From contig CM119371.1 of NCBI GenBank assembly GCA_051294905.1, positions 36,520,001-36,584,000 on the forward strand: a DNA stretch of 64,000 nt, in the 5' to 3' direction. The notes beneath the pieces are model-generated. The model was not told the origin of the DNA and did no database searches. It saw only the letters and a program-made list of their open reading frames with translations. The DNA comes from Botryllus schlosseri. Taxonomy: Eukaryota. This document shows, piece after piece, positions 35,551 to 51,018 of the stretch. Numbering within the stretch: the first letter of the stretch is position 1; every line of letters begins with the position of its first letter. A program made the translations under genes and the position numbers.

Positions 35551-38500
35551 ATGTCAAAGTGTAGTACCCGAAAGCTATCGCGTGAAGCCTCGAATTCGTA
35601 GCACGTGTCGTAGCCGCGGGAGTTTAATCACTGCAATCGGAAAGTACTTGAATCAGAGCGCTTCGAGCACTGCTACAATTCGTTTGAAATAGATTGACCT
35701 TCGATGCATTCATTTGACCTCGATCAGGCGCCGGACTTCTGTTTGATTCACACGCTATACATTGAAAAGTTGCTGCGAGATGACTTCGCGCGAGGAAGTA
35801 GTGAAGAAACGCCAGATTGCTGGTACGCGGGGAAGTGCAGAATAGAGTACCAGCCGTTCTTGAGTTGTTCCATCACTTTCACGTTATATTTGAGTACGAG
35901 GTTACTGTAATGCTCTCGGTATCCACGGACAATATTAGAGAGTCCATTTTATATTATTTTGTTCTTGTATTTATGTCATTTTACTGAAATTGCCTCATGA
36001 ATCTAATAGCGTTTTGGTGTCCACTGTCCATAGTTGATATCTTCGAAGGTAGCGCTAGAGAGTTAGCAGTTAGCACGTGAACCTTAGCAAGTGTGGCTTC
36101 GTGCGTAAAGGGCATGGGCTATTACATTGTCGGGGAAATTGCGTCTGACTTCAATTGCGGGAACCGAAGCAAAGTCCTCAAGTCTCGAAACCACAAACAT
36201 TGCCGAAAATGTCATTGATCATTGAAAATGGTGGTCAGCCTTGGAACAGCTACACTGCTGCAGCAACAGCGATTGAATAGTTCGAGGCGGTATTTTCGCG
36301 ACCAAAAGCGTACACCGGAGCATTCAAAACAGTCCGAGTTCGCCTGAACTCGGCCGTCCGTTGGTGGAACAACGGAAAATGGTAATCGAGACCGCCTGCG
36401 CCTCTCATGATAATAAGCCAGTATCGGACCGGTCGGAATCAGCGAGTGAATAGACACGGCTCTGCCTTTTTCTCTGTCACCCGCTCGTATTAATATGCAT
36501 TTGCTTATGCAGATTATCAAAGGCTTGTATAGCCACAATGCCACATGCATTACGCGTCTGCAGTCGATAGAGCTACCCAATTGCAATGTAGGTCAGCATT
36601 TGGGAATCTAGCCTTCAGTGAATGGCTGCAACTATATCGGGTATGACCGATCCCGTTCATGCGTATTTCCAGTGAAATCACATGGGCCAAGGACATAACT
36701 GAACTCCTATGCATAAATTCTCCAGAGTCATGACTCGTTCGGCTTTTATACGGGCCTGTCACGGGAGTAAAACGCGACGACCACATGCCTATCAGTAGAG
36801 AGTAAAACTATGGACATTGGACAGTTGGACAATGGACACGCATAGCCTACGCTTACCTGTATTTGAGTCAAGTCTTTACAGAACCCTGTTCAACTCCAAA
36901 TTGTCTGTCTTGGTATCATTCTTCACGATATGTTGACCCGAAAAACACCAGTATATCGCACCTAATCCCGTTGGGTCAGCACAAGGTTTCCGTATCTTCA
37001 ATGTAGTTAGCGGAAATATGAGGATCGTCGGGCCAGGCTCGGGGATGAAATAATATTCAAATCAATACACCGGTAGCAACGTAGCACAAGCCATATCCAC
37101 GGATTCATTATCTTTACGCCTTGGAGACCTTTGCAAATTTGGAATAAGCGAATAAGGGGATCTTGATAGATTCGAGCGTAATTGTTGTCCGTAAGGTGTC
37201 CGATGCTTGATGATGACGAATTCGGAGCAAGGTCTTGCTCGCAATGTAAGTTGCGAGTTTGGTGTTAAACGAGTTTACTTGCAGGAAGCCGACGCTAGTT
37301 GAAACGAGGTCGTATCAGGATGTTACTACTTTTATTCAAGCCTGCCGAACCTTGTCGCAAAACGCTTTGGAAGCAAAACGGATGCAAACTTTCTTTCAGG
37401 CTGATAGCTTGCCTCGCGACAATTTGGAATAATTTATGACCTAACAATGTCAAAAACGGCACGCCAGTTTACTTCAGCGTGACGCGACAAGGCCGTCGAT
37501 ATGTATGTCGCGCATGCAAGAGTTGCTGACTATACGCAATTGGGTTCCAAATTTCCTAATTTTATCACTTTTTCAAGCGGTTTGGCACCGGAACTTTAAC
37601 TATGTCGCTATGGCCCTATTTTTGCACTTTTTGGTTTGTTTGACTATCACAATCTGAACCTCTTGAGCACATTCTAGATTAGCAGGAAGTGCTTCTAGGG
37701 AAGTTGACTACGGCATTTGAGGTTCATCAGAGGAATTAAAGTTTATCCATCCTTTTAAAGTTCATTCGTGTGATGTTTCTGAGAAATGTGGAGTCTGACT
37801 GCTTCAACTAAACGACCTTAGGCAGCACAAAAATCGATATTCCCCCTCATGCCCGCGAGCGTTAGTAGCCTATGCTAGGCGTAATCGAACTGCTAGAACT
37901 CGTTCTTCATCATGTATCGTATGGTATACCAATAATTTGAATAAATAAATGATCAAATAATAACAGGAAGGTGGCGCTATATTTTTCAATATTCCACTAT
38001 TTTACGACAGATTTGGTACTCGGAGGTATCTAGTAGTGGGCAATTTTGGTGCAGGCAGTTTAATCGAAATTCATCCTTTCCATACGTCCAGAATATCTCC
38101 GTTTTGTCTTCTATTCACACTCAGCGATACCATCAGGAATGCAGAAAACGTCGCATGCGTCATCGCCACTTTGTTAATGTGCTCCAGAAATATTATCCAA
38201 CTGGTATTCATAGCTCGTTTGTAGCGAATCTTACAAATCGGCTTACAGTCGCGTCCGTCTGAGATGCTGACACAGGTTTTCGCGTCTTGAACGTGAATTG
38301 TGCGTAAAAAGGTAGCGCGGTGCATGTCGGTTTACGCGCGAACGCAATGTTTCTGCATATCCCCGGTTCACCTCTCGCGATTGCACGGACACGCGGCATT
38401 GTTGTCGAAAAACATGTAGCCTACTATATATGTTGCATCCGGCCGCAGACGTACAACGATGAATGCTGAAAGGCCTGCACCTTGCCGCTGATGCGCGGAC

Positions 38501-40542
38501 GAGTTCGCGTGAACTGGCGCCGCGAAGAATTTACCCGGAAGAGGTCTTCTGCGGCGATAGAGAATCCACTGTGTACGTTAAGAGTGTAATTTCAGACGGC
38601 GCATCGTTGATCGCTAAACGGCCTGTCGGGTTTTGTGTTACTTGCGGATTAGCGCCACGAAAATATCCGTGCCCGCGTTTTTGATTGATGCCGCCATGTC
38701 CGCTCGTTGACTTGAAAGCGGAGGCGTGTAGCAAAGAATGGCAGTGACACAGTCGCGAACTCGAGCAGGGTTGACCGTGCTTGCACGATTTTGATTTTAA
38801 GATCCGCATGTTCTTCAGAGGTAACGCCATAAGGCATGACTGAAGCACGGGTCAGTGCTGTTTTTACGAATTAATCCGTAACTTGATTCAAAATCCCATC
38901 TCATTGTGGAGCTAGTTTGCATTCGCGCGTTAGTACGGTCGTGGATATCGTTCTATAAAGCGAAATTAAAAGTAAGTCGTAGACCAATGTACTGTGTAAT
39001 GGCCGCATAGGATGCACAGTTGCACACGCATATAGTCTAAAGACACTAGTGTGTGCAGTTGGGCACTGTGCAGTGTTCAAGACGGTTATTTTGTGCCTCT
39101 GCTACCGTGGTTCTTAACTAGGGTTGATCGGGCCATTCCAGGGGATGCTGTATGCTGGAGGTCATGAAACACACTCAACTCACAGCAGAAGTCTTACCCG
39201 GAATTTAATATCGATATAAAATAGGCCACATAGTTTAGCAGTCGCGTTTTAAAACTTCACGTCACGTCACGAGCCGCGTGTTTGTAATCTCTGGTTTAGA
39301 ACCACTCACATCAGATTCAGTGCGCTCTGAAACAATCAAAATCTACCCAAATCGAAATGAAAGACTACGTCTCCTTGAGAAACGTTAGTGACTATACATG
39401 GTTAGTGTATCGACATGTGAAACGGCGTAATTAGAATTATTCGTCAGTTGTTATGTAACGAGATAATTTGAATTCCTTGCCGTGTCGCGATTGCTCTACG
39501 AAATGTAGGGATGAGGTACTAGGTAATGATCAACCGCAATTAACGGGGTCGTTGGGGTCGAATTGTGACGCAAAGTACTTTTGCAAATCGCCGTCCGAAC
39601 CACTGCGTTTCATTGTCGCTTAAAACGAAACCGGTAATTTAACATTTCTCAGATCAGATTATGACGCAGCATAGTCTGCGTTAGAGACGGTCGTAATGAT
39701 ACATTGCTACCGTGACACGCGAATTGCGATACTTCTTTAATTACCGCTTGGCGTGCCGCGAATACGGCAGCGTATACTGCTACGTATATAGTTCGCGGGC
39801 CCTCGCTGCAGTGAGAAGAAATCCGCTGATCGAAAACGAGAGAGAGATAGAGGGAAGAAATGCAAAGGAGAAAACGCTCCTTATCTATCCAGGGAGTGGA
39901 TAAAGCAGGGCAGGTGTTGACTCTTTTAGCATTCAACGGCTAAGTTCGTGCAGGTGGACAAATCCAGAGGTGGTTAAAGACGCCGTTTATACTCAAATAG
40001 AAGTAGAAGGAACGCCACAAATTTCCACTGGAAGTAGAGATTTTTCAAATATGTCAAAATTATACTTCGAGAGGAAGTGAAAAATGAAAGGTCTGCAATG
40101 TGCTTAAGTGAATAGTTTTATAGAAGACTTACGACGCTATGAATAAGCGCAATTTTCGAATATATCCATAGTTGACCATCATACAGGGCTATTCCGCACC
40201 GTTTTTACGACGATTTCACTCATAAAAGTAATAAGAATTTGTCTCAAAACTAATTTCTACTCTTTCAAAATCCAAATTGTACAAAGCGAGTGGTTTCGCG
40301 CAAAACACTGTCCAAGTTGAAGCGGCACTAGAATACGTATGGTATGGACAGGCAAAACCTGATTTGAATATCTTAAATTGGTACTGACCACATCTTCGTG
40401 AAACCGATTTATCACATTTTCCTTAATCGCCACGTTTGAATCATGGCGTACACCGTCGCTTAGTCCTCACGAAATTTAATAACACCTCCTCCTACGTTAT
40501 ATGTAGATCTCTAGACGTATTATAGCGTAACAATCACTTGCG

Positions 40543-40780
40543 ATGCCGGGAAAAACACACGATATGGAGGACGACTTCGAGGCCACGCTACCGCCGAGGC
40601 TGAGACCTGTCCTGGACGACATTGCCGAATTCGAGAAGAACTGGGCCGAGAACCGACAGATCACAGAGTGGAACGGGCACACGTTCACGCCGAACTTTTT
40701 CGCCGACACCGCGAAGTTCGCTTACGAAAATTGGTCGCCGCGGAAAGGAGATGTTTTCATCATGTCCTTCCCGAAAACTG
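40543..40780 (+). CDS. SULT: Cytosolic sulfotransferase exon 1 (MPGKTHD...DVFIMSFPKT-G; 5'-PSB loop)
   Basis: ATG 40543; SFPKTG motif; donor G|GTGAGA; 238 nt, phase 1. Confidence 0.92.
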
Positions 40781-42443
40781 GTGAGATATTCGACTTTCAG
40801 TTATTTTGTTATTCGAAACTTATTTCTGCTTCTCCTGAAAATGCTACAGTCAAGTCCAGTCAAGCACTTTTGCAATTCTTATACTTATGAGAATGAGCTC
40901 GAGAACTTGATTTATCATTTTTATTGTTTCTTTCTGATTCCGGATTTCATTCAATATTCAAGTTTTTTGCGAATTCGGTAATTCTCATCCTAATCTAATT
41001 GAAAAAACTCTCTAATACTAATCGTATTCGGAAAAGCTTAACTTTTTCTAGTCGTCCAACTGAGCTCGCTGGTTTTGAGACAGTGAAGCAACCGTGGTCG
41101 TACAGAATGGTGGCAGACGCACCAAGTAACGTGTTGTAGATGCAGAGTTCCTCCGAATTCACGACCACATGGGCCGTAATCACGAATAAACAAAATGGCG
41201 AACGATGAATTTCCTGTCGACCGCAAGCAGAATGCTTATGCAGCGCGTTCCTGCCGTTTGAAATTCGTTGATTCGACGCGTAGTAATTGTCGTGGTATTC
41301 CTAAGTCTCGTAAAACTCGGCTGAAACTTTTTTGATCGAAATAATTTTCAATGTCCAGCGTCGGGAATCTTTCCCTGTGTGAAGGGATCTTGTGTCATGA
41401 AAATCGGTTTTGGAATATGTTTTGAGCTTTTTTTGCTGATTTTTAAAACAGTTACGGAATACGGCTTCAAACATTTTCTCTATACTATGTTATGAAAAAA
41501 TGCATTCATGACAGAATTCTGTTAGTTAGGATACTATCTGGTGATCTGAGGATCTATCTCTTCAAGGGAAACCCGTTCTGGAAGAGTGTGATGTGACAAT
41601 GTAAGCGTGAGAATATTCCTAGGAAATTATGTGCGAGTGTAAACAATCCCTAGGAAGTTATGTGCGAGTGTAGACAGAGTAGATGCAAACTACTAAAAAT
41701 ATACTGCATGCATTACTCTTTATTTTGTCTCACTCGTCGTCTTTGCACAAATGCACAGTTACCAGCTCGGTATTCCCTTGTCCTTCAAAATTGCATCTTA
41801 TTCCGCCGAAATGGTTTTCTATTGGATCTTTGCACATATTTAAATACAACTAATTGTGATGTTTTCGAGTTGAAAAAGTTTGTAATCGGTGATATATTTT
41901 TGAAAACACAATATATACCAATTTTGCGCCACTAGCTAAAAAGCTATATACACCGTACGTGACGAAGTGTTGTGTGCGTATCGTTGGACAGCTTTTTCTC
42001 TGATTTTTATGACTTTCCTGAAGTGTCAATCCCCACCCCAATTCTATACAGGCCGTATAAGCTGGAGTAATCAACCTTACTTCATGCCTAGTTGCTACTA
42101 CCTCAATTGATGCACCTATACATTCACATGAATGTAAATAAAGACATAATCAACCATGCAATGTTTCCATTACCAGCGCAGCTGTAAACAACGCTCGGCA
42201 TCGGCATCGATTGCTCGGCTCAGTTGACAAAATCATCGCGACCATAACAATCGGTGCCTAGTCTGACTACACACAGCCAGATGTTTCGTTTCAATAATTC
42301 AAATTCCAGCCATTCTTTATCTGAATCCTAAAGATTGCGGACGACGGTTTTAATTGCTCATTGTGTCGTCACTGACAGTGATTGATAACATTGTATTACT
42401 CTTTACCGCCATCGTCCGTTTAATCTCCTCGTGATTTGTACAG

Positions 42444-42557
42444 GTACGCATTGGATCACGGAGATCGTAAAGCAAATCATATACAGGAAGGACCCTGTCA
42501 GTCTGCGGTACGGGAGAAAATGGCACGCGGAGTTGGCCATCATCGAGTTCGGGCCAG
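42444..42557 (+). CDS. SULT: Sulfotransferase exon 2 (GTHWITEIVKQII...IIEFGP)
   Basis: tacag| acceptor, G|GTACGC donor; completes PKTGTHW; 114 nt, phase 1-1. Confidence 0.92.
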
Positions 42558-45500
42558 GTACGCCATTTTGATTAACGTGAGCGCCAAAGCGCTGGTAAAA
42601 TACGTGCTGTACTGCTTGGGATTCGGGAGCTTTTTATTTTATTTTAGTTGGTACGCGCTTGTTGTAAAGTCTGTGAACTGTAAAAAGTAATATAGTAAGC
42701 TCCTCTTGGTCCGAAATGAGCGAAATAATATCGTCATTTTGAAATTAAGTTGTAACAACATAAATACCAATAGCACTTCAAAACGTTGGTGTCTAAAATG
42801 AGCGTATGCTGTGCATCCTTTATTGTATTGTATACGCCTGTATGCGACATCGTTTCAGGTTTTATGTGCTATTTGCGAGAGTGATAGATTGGAACAAGGG
42901 CATTTTCGCTTGAAAACTTTTCACTGAATGTGAAAATACAGACTATTCTCATTGATTCAAATGATCTGATTCGATATTCGAAAGACCGTATTCGTTTTGA
43001 AACGCCTGATTCCAATCGATTGGAAGTTGCTCACATTTCTGGAATTAATTACCGTATATGAAATCATGATCAACCCACAGCATTATTGGCTCAAGTGCAA
43101 TTGAATAAGCATGGTAAAAAAATTCTGAATTATTTGGTGTAGAACTGGCATTATGTTAGTTTGTTTGTGGTCGCATACTTGATCTTTTCAAATAATCCAC
43201 AATCTTGCCACGTCTCAATGGGTGATACTTTAATTCACTCCACTCGAATCGAAGGCTACTACAGGTGGTCGATATTGTCCTGGCCTGCGTGTGATCGAAG
43301 TCCACTTACAACCCGCTACGGCCAGTCATAATTATAATCCAGCCGAAAACAAGCGCAGGAAGGTTGTTTACTGCGATTTGAATGTCGACGGATTGCCAGC
43401 CTGTGACACAGCGCTAGGTTGATTCGAGGGCGGTGACGCACCGCAATCGACTGCGTCCACAGACGCTGCGTACGCGGGTGAACCATGGAGATGATTTAAT
43501 AACCAAAACATATCCGGGACTTTCCGGGCTATCTGTTGACGCGCTGAAAGCTTTACTACCTTGGAATTCGACCAGGGATTCCTTCCGAAGCGTCGGAGGC
43601 AGACTTGGACAACTAGATGATTCTACTTGTGTAATTAAACTAATATAGTGCGAAACGAGTCAAGCTTGGTGTATAGTTTGGCATTCGCGTGCTTTTGAGA
43701 ATGAACCACTAGATGAACTGAACTTTTGTTTTGTCTCTTTCCAATGTGAAATGTAATTCAATTGCTAAGGTTTTGCAAATTCAATAGCTCTGATTCTAAT
43801 CTAATTGAAAAAAACTGCAACTATAATCCTAACTCTAAATGTAATTTGGAAAAGTTGAAATTTTCCGAGTTGTCTGATTCTGCCTCCTTGGCATCCGGCC
43901 CGCGTAACCCGGGTCTTATAAAGCCTAGCATGAAATCCGGTAGTGCTGTAAGTCGTCAGCCAAGGAATAGCAGTAAAGAATATCGGTCTGGTGTGAAATG
44001 ACCATTGATCTGTGCAATCGAAAGCCGACACAACATGAATACTAGAAATAACGACTCAGATCCGAATGACCGGGACTGACCTTTTCGGCAACGAGCTTGC
44101 CTCTGTTATGCAATGGTGTTTAGACGACTATGCTTATTACGCAAGGATATTACCGCACTGTTCAGCAAAATACCACCCCATTAAGACATGACGTAACGGA
44201 AACATTTACGCGACCAACGTAGGAAATGTCACAATGTCAGACACAAAAATATGACTGGGCCTTGTGCGATACAACCCAATTTTCGCGATACGACTATGCT
44301 TTGAAGTGACTCTGACAATATCACGGATTAAAAGATGCGAATTTATCAACGCCAATTTTCTGATTTACTGCAACAGGTACTGGCCGTGAAATGCCGATTC
44401 CAGTCCGTTATCAGACTATGTAAACAAGCCCAGGTAGACGGCATTCCATCCCTGAACTTGCATTGACAGATAGCCTCGATTTGTTCGTCTCCGTATTTAC
44501 CTGTGTTGTGTACGTTGATGCGTGGCGCAGGCCAATTCAAAATGTCCGTCGGTGACTTTCTGTGGCTTCAGAATCACTAGGTGGTCCCCGTACGGGCGGG
44601 AAAACGAATCGTATTTGAACTTGTCGTTTCGTCTGGTATTTCGTAAATATTTTACGTTATTCTGCCTATAATATAAAAAAATCACAATAAATTGTATGGA
44701 ACGAATTGTATATTATAATCTGACTGGTTTTCGCCCCGTTCGCCTTCAAAATACTGTTTCATGTTTCCACTCACTTCTAAACTGTTCTTTAAACCCAATT
44801 TTATTCATTTTACAAGTTATATTATTTGTAGCATACCAATTTATGGAATTAATTATTTGGATCATCCTAAAATCCTGATAATGACCGTTACAGTAAAAGC
44901 CATGGAGTGCCGTTCCCAAGTCACGTACCGATTTCTCGAAATCGAAGTATCGCGTTGACGAGACAATGGCAGGCACAATTTAATTGTGACCAAACAATGA
45001 CTTACCCAGAAGATTTTCAAGGGCCTCATTAATATCTGTCAAGTTTGGTTCGGATAACAATCGTGTTCTATACACCTTGATTTCTTCGATAATATACACC
45101 CGTTTGTAGCCTACACCAGGGAACCACGACATATAAAAGACGCTTGATTGAATTTCCTAGATTGGTGTTCCACTACGCGACATGTGTACTAGGGACGTAA
45201 AAACTCTAAATCTGTTGCGGAAATGACCAGATTGTCCTAACGGCAAAAAGAATGGCGATTCGACCTCGGTTGAACTCTTCAGTCGGGTTTGTACTTTAAC
45301 ACCGCACAGGCACAACCCCGCACAGGCACAACACTTGCGACGTCATATCAAGTGATGCTCCACTCGACCCAAAGCCGAGTGCTTGTTTCATAATCGCTTT
45401 TGGCGAACCCTACTCGTTTGGATCACGGCAAGGTCCAAATGCTGAGCTTTTTAGAAGTCATTCGGGCACATTTGATGCGAATCAACGAAATTGTGGTCAA

Positions 45501-48500
45501 TTTCCATTCACAAACGCTATGCTCCAGCTGTATTTCAGCATTTGGTTGCTCGCTAGTAGCCTTTCCTATGTAGAATTGAAGTTAAGGTCAGTTGAGTTCG
45601 CCATTGCTTATCAAGTCGCGCTCACGCGCCCGACGACGGATACGCAGTTAGTATAAATGACGTCACAACGGGATAAAGTCCACCGTTATCCGAGACCACC
45701 TTACGGAGTTCGTTGACTGATAACAGTGATAACAAATAGCAGATGCTTTTCTGTATGTGGCTATTTACGTCATCGACAATGAAGCAGAAAAGAACTCTAG
45801 ACTTCGATATGAAATACGGATGTGGTTAGAACACACGCAATGCATATATACTTTTTAATCTGTTGAAACAAGCAAAAAAAAAGGATGGTATACGAGGATT
45901 ATATACATATGCAGACGCACAGGGGCACCGAGACGCAGTTACGCCTGGAAAGCGAAAGACATGGGAAGAATCTGACACGGTACGTGGGTTAGGCGAGGCT
46001 GAAGAATGAGGGTTGAAATACAATCTCGCTTTGCCTCGACTCTATTCGTTTCGGATATCATTTTCGGCAGAATCTGAGTTGAACTCGGTTGAGACGAAAT
46101 TTCATCATCTCGGGCCAAAGACTCTGCGCACCGCCGACAAGTTCATCACGGCAGCTGACAACTGATTAATGGATGTAAATAGATTAGGCTCGTTTGTTAA
46201 TGTTTACCGCAGTGTCGAGTGTCTGCAAGATGTTGGATCGGTTTGGTGCAATTCAGTTCAGTTCAGTTCGCTTTATTAATAACTCCATCGTTGCGAAACA
46301 CTGCGATATTTCGATAAAATGAAAAGATAGGAAGGAGTCGAAACGATTGCAGTAGTCTTTCATTCAATCACGCACCAACTTTGACCTAGAGTCCTAGAGC
46401 ATGCAAATGAAAGGCATATACTACCGTGCACTGCATCACGAGTAACAGGTGATAACATGAAAAGGGCATGCGAAGAAAATGAAGTGTTTCATCAGGCAAT
46501 TGTGGCATATCGCTATTAGTTTTGAGGACAACTAGAAAATCTTCAGATTTTCCGAATTAGATTAAAATTATAGCTACAGTTTTTTTCTCCAAAATGGGAT
46601 TGAAATTAGACTTACTGAATTCGCAACAACTTGAAAATCTAATAACATTCCGAAACAAACCAACATACTTCAAATTCAATTCGTATCAATTCAGATTTCA
46701 GTGTCATATAAGCAAAAGAATGGCAAATGTATATACGCCGAGCTTGGCTTGGTTCGCACTATACAGCTCTTCAGCATTTCAGGAAAACCAGATATTAGAT
46801 GAGAACATAGAAACTTTCCACCAAAACTAGTAACCTATATTTACACAAGTAGAAGACTGTCCATGTCTGACGTGTGGCCTTCAGAGTGAATTCGAGTCGC
46901 CCGAACATTGGGCTGCTAACTCGGGCGCTTACGTGGCGCATAGGAGTGAATAAAACAAAATCTTTGTCCTATAGAAATATGTTTCGTAATCAATTGAAAC
47001 AAACTCTATCTGTTTCCTCAGACGAACTCGCGCTACATTGTTCTTGGCCTAGTACAGCGCGCAGCGGATAAGGCGTTAAGCGCCAGATTGCATTGTGACC
47101 TGATGAAATCACATCCGAAACATCATTAATTAACGGCGCGCGTATCGGTAATCCTACGGCCTGCCGCGAACCCGCCTGACCTCAACTCTGCTCCGAATGT
47201 TTCTTGGAGATTATCACGAGGAGTTATTATGAGGTCACAAATCAACATGTGCATTGTGACGTGTCGAAAAGCTGTTTAGATCACAATGCCTCGTAGGCGA
47301 AGCCGTCTGCTGAACGCAGTTGAACCGGCTGCGCGCACTCGGTTGACCCCTGCCATCTCCGACAGACTCTCTTAATGACTGGTATCCAGTAATAATAACA
47401 GAGCTTTCACATTTTGATTAAAAATAGAGAGAAAAAATTATGCACAAACAGCCACTTAGCGCCCGCGCTTTAAATAATCAGTGGCATTTCACGGACGATT
47501 CTCTCGTGGCTGTATAAGGGTAGCGCGCAAGGAAGTAATATGTAAATGACTGCGTACGTAAACAGAGTTATCCGATGTCAGCGTTGTCCGGGCTGTATGA
47601 AGCAGACTTCAACAATTAGATAATTCTAGTTGTCGTTTAGAGTAGCGAAATGCTGGTAATCTAATTTGTGGGGTGTTTCTCTGCTATAATTCTAATTATA
47701 TTTATGTTATGTTTCTACGCAAGGTCTGCTGTCTTAGAGACGCGATTCTTGACCTTACATCGCCGAACGAGGCGAATAATATATTTCGGAACCGTTGCAA
47801 TACCCATTCTCTCTCACATATTCGGAACTTAAGTCTAATAGATTGTCGACTGGTGATAACGGTCCGGTATTCACTGGCTGATCAGCGTGACGAACTTGTT
47901 AATCAATCATTCATTAGAAGCGAGTGTTTCAAGCGACCATACAATCGTTGACATTTTTTCACTACCCCGGTAGAGCGCACGCTTTTTCTGTTCACGTCAA
48001 GCGACATTCCTTGCATATTTTCACTCATTGCAGTCAGCTCGCGTTTTTCGAATACGTGCGAGACCAGCGTGGTCGCCAAGGGCGGCGAACGATGCAAATA
48101 TCCCGTTCAAGGTTTCGATTTGAAAGTCGTGATATAGTTATTGCCCACTACGTCAAAACGAAGATTCCTGACGTCACGCCGTAATTACTGGGGCTGGATA
48201 CTATGATTTGAGTCGAGAATTCCGAGTCAGTTTTTTTTTAGTACTAAATTTTTAACTGTTTTTTGAAAATTCCAAATTATTACTCATCAAAGAATCTAAA
48301 TGCAGCATACGGCCAAACGTGTTCAACTGTTCAGCTGTTCACGAAAACGGCATTTCATTGGAGCAGTGATAAACCCGCGGCGTTTTCCCAATTCGTTATG
48401 CCATATTTATGGAAGATACATTAACGAAATTATTCCTGACTGACAATATCTTGTTTGTGGTCGAACGGAAGATACGTAATTCAGCTTGTCTAATGTATAA

Positions 48501-48693
48501 CGCCATAATACGTATTACTCGTAAACTAGAACTCAGCTTGAGAGTCGACTAGTAACAGAATCACCCATGTATTCGATTTTGCCCAGCCATAATTATCACG
48601 AACATTACGCCCTTTGAATTTTCAACATGGCCTGCGGTCCAGGCCGCGAGACTGGAGACTGTTATGTTTCATCTTGTGGTTGCCCTCTTTCAG

Positions 48694-48803
48694 CGTCCAA
48701 GTTCAAAGTAATCGACCGCCTGCCGGTGCCGCACCGCATATTTTCCTGCCATTTGCCCGCGCATCTCATGAACTTGGAGAAGATCAGAAAATGCGGAGCC
48801 AAG
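48694..48803 (+). CDS. SULT: Sulfotransferase exon 3 (ASKFKVIDRLPVPHRIFSCHLPAHLMN...GAK; catalytic His)
   Basis: ctttcag| acceptor, AAG|GTGGGT donor; RIFSCHLP corresponds to RLLKTHLP; 110 nt, phase 1-0. Confidence 0.9.
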
Positions 48804-49848
48804 GTGGGTGTCGCGCTTAACGGTTTCCAGTTCTGTTTTGAAACTGACTGAAATCTCATTTATTCACGGTCTCTCCCAATGATCTACAGTTTAATGCGAA
48901 AGGTCGCAGAGCTTACCTGAGTTCATTCGAAATTTTCGACTGTTGTTTCCGAGTATATCTGTGTCATTATAAAATATTATCAGTTTTGTTGTGGCCTCCA
49001 TAGTGACAACGGCATCACACAAGTATTGCTAGACACCTTACGATTGACGAACTGCGCAATGACTCGAATTCGAAATGTTACTACAGATGTGGTCACAGTA
49101 GCCCGCGGTAGCGGTGATGACGAAAACCTTCACTCAATTACAAGTAGAAATGGCTATTCACAAGATATGTTCACTATACGCTAACTCGCCTCATAATATA
49201 GTTATAGTTGACGGGCAAGTAACTGCTGCATTTTGAGTAGTTCACGTTCTAGTTCTAGTTGCGTACTGTGAAAACTGAAGTAGTTCTAGTTCTAGTACTA
49301 ATTGTGTATTTTGAAAAGCGATTAGTTCTAGTTCTAGTTACCTTCGTTCTGTTGTGTGATGATCGTCCAGCCATTAGTAGCCTACAGTCATCGCTACTAA
49401 CAGTGGCGTAGTCAGGGGGTGGGTTTTGGGTGTCGAAATCCCGCCCATTTCAAACTCGAAACCCCATCCTTCTGACATGCTCACATCTAATATTCCTTAG
49501 CACACTTGCGATTCCGTAATTCGTATCAGCCTTTCCAGCTGGTTGTGGTTTAGGTAATTGGTCGCGGATTTTTAAAGTTCGGCGGTTGTATCTCTAGTTT
49601 TTGTTTGTTCCAAGTGTGAAAGCACCTGCTGAATGATGAATATGTTTTTTCTGCCGCGTCAGGCATAAAAATTCATTACTTTTTCGTCACCACGCATACC
49701 TATTCCCGCTCCGGCCTCGCTTGACCCCCGAGGTCAAGATATCAGACACAACACGCTGTCGCGTCACGAGACAACGCAGACGACGCGTATAACGTTACGT
49801 AACTGCGTAACGTATCAGCCGCAAACGCGATTGTTAACCTCTGCGCAG

Positions 49849-49990
49849 ATAATCTACATCTACCGCAACCCGAAGGACCAGACCGTGTCGTGGTACCACT
49901 TCTCGCGGCGCATTCCCCACGCGCAGTCGCAGGAATTCAAGGACCTGTACTCGGACGATTGGGACAAATTCATCGACAACTATTTCAGCG
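49849..49990 (+). CDS. SULT: Sulfotransferase exon 4 (IIYIYRNPKDQTVSWYHF...; 3'-PB motif)
   Basis: gcgcag| acceptor, G|GTGAGT donor; RNPKD..VS motif; 142 nt. Confidence 0.95.
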
Positions 49991-50700
49991 GTGAGTTGCA
50001 GACATTGACATAATTCTAGTTGTCTGAATACGCTAATAGAAGAGAAATGCCGGTGACATAATTATATAGTCTAATTTGTGCAATGTTTTTATGCGCTCAT
50101 TTAAACTGTAATCTAATTTCTGGTCTTCCCGAAAAAGCCACAGTAGAACTGCATAGAGCGAAACGTGCCAAGCTTGCTGCGCAGACATTTGCTATTCTCG
50201 TGCCTATTAGAATGAAGTCTGGCTTGATATGAACCGGGCCTGATTTTTGTTGCCTTCATTTTGCGAATTCAATAATGGTCATTCCAAATCTAAATCAAAT
50301 TTGAGAAAAAGTAAGTAGCGATTATTCTAATCCAAAAAAGCTGAAAATTTTTTAGTTGTGTATGTGTGAATGATTTGAAATAAAGAATTTACCTCAATTT
50401 CCGAGTTTCTGCGAATTCAGTAGTTCAAATTCCAGTCTAACTTTGAAAAACTGTAGTTATAATTCGAAATCGAATCTAATTTGGAGCTGCTACCTCATTC
50501 GTAAACGCAAATTCGATTTGAAGTTCGGAAAACTAGATTCGACACGAAATACCCGGTTCGATTGGTACAGTTTCATAAATGATTCGGATCCGCGATACGT
50601 GTTATCCATCCTTGTTCTTTTGCGATGTTGGAATTGTGAATTGATGGCATCGTTCTTGGCTACGCTCAACGCCCGCGTCACGCCCACCTTGTAACCGCAG

Positions 50701-50816
50701 GGAAAATGCCAACTGAACAGCTCGACGGCGAGTGGTACCCCGATCACATGCTGAGCTGGTACCAGCACAAAAACGACGAGAATGTGAAGTTCGTTTGCTA
50801 CGAAGACCTCGCAAAG
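50701..50816 (+). CDS. SULT: Sulfotransferase exon 5 (GKMP...WYPDHMLSWYQHKNDENVKFVCYEDLAK)
   Basis: ccgcag| acceptor, AAG|GTAAGA donor; YEDL motif; 116 nt. Confidence 0.95.
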
Positions 50817-51018
50817 GTAAGAAGTAGTGAAACCAAATCCAAATCCTGGAATCGCAGCAGTTCCAAGTCCATGGCCAAACGGATCAAACTCGCCGAAAAG
50901 GCTCATAAAAATTGGAATTGAACTGGAATTCCATGTCTAAGTCCGAATACTATTAAAAACAGTATGAAAAAGTATTGAATTTCGCTTTTTTTTATCACGT
51001 CGTGTCTGTCTGTCGCAG

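Noticed and set aside
47099..47125. CTGATGA...GAAAC hammerhead ribozyme-like core
   Set aside because: No stem II pairing or flanking stems.
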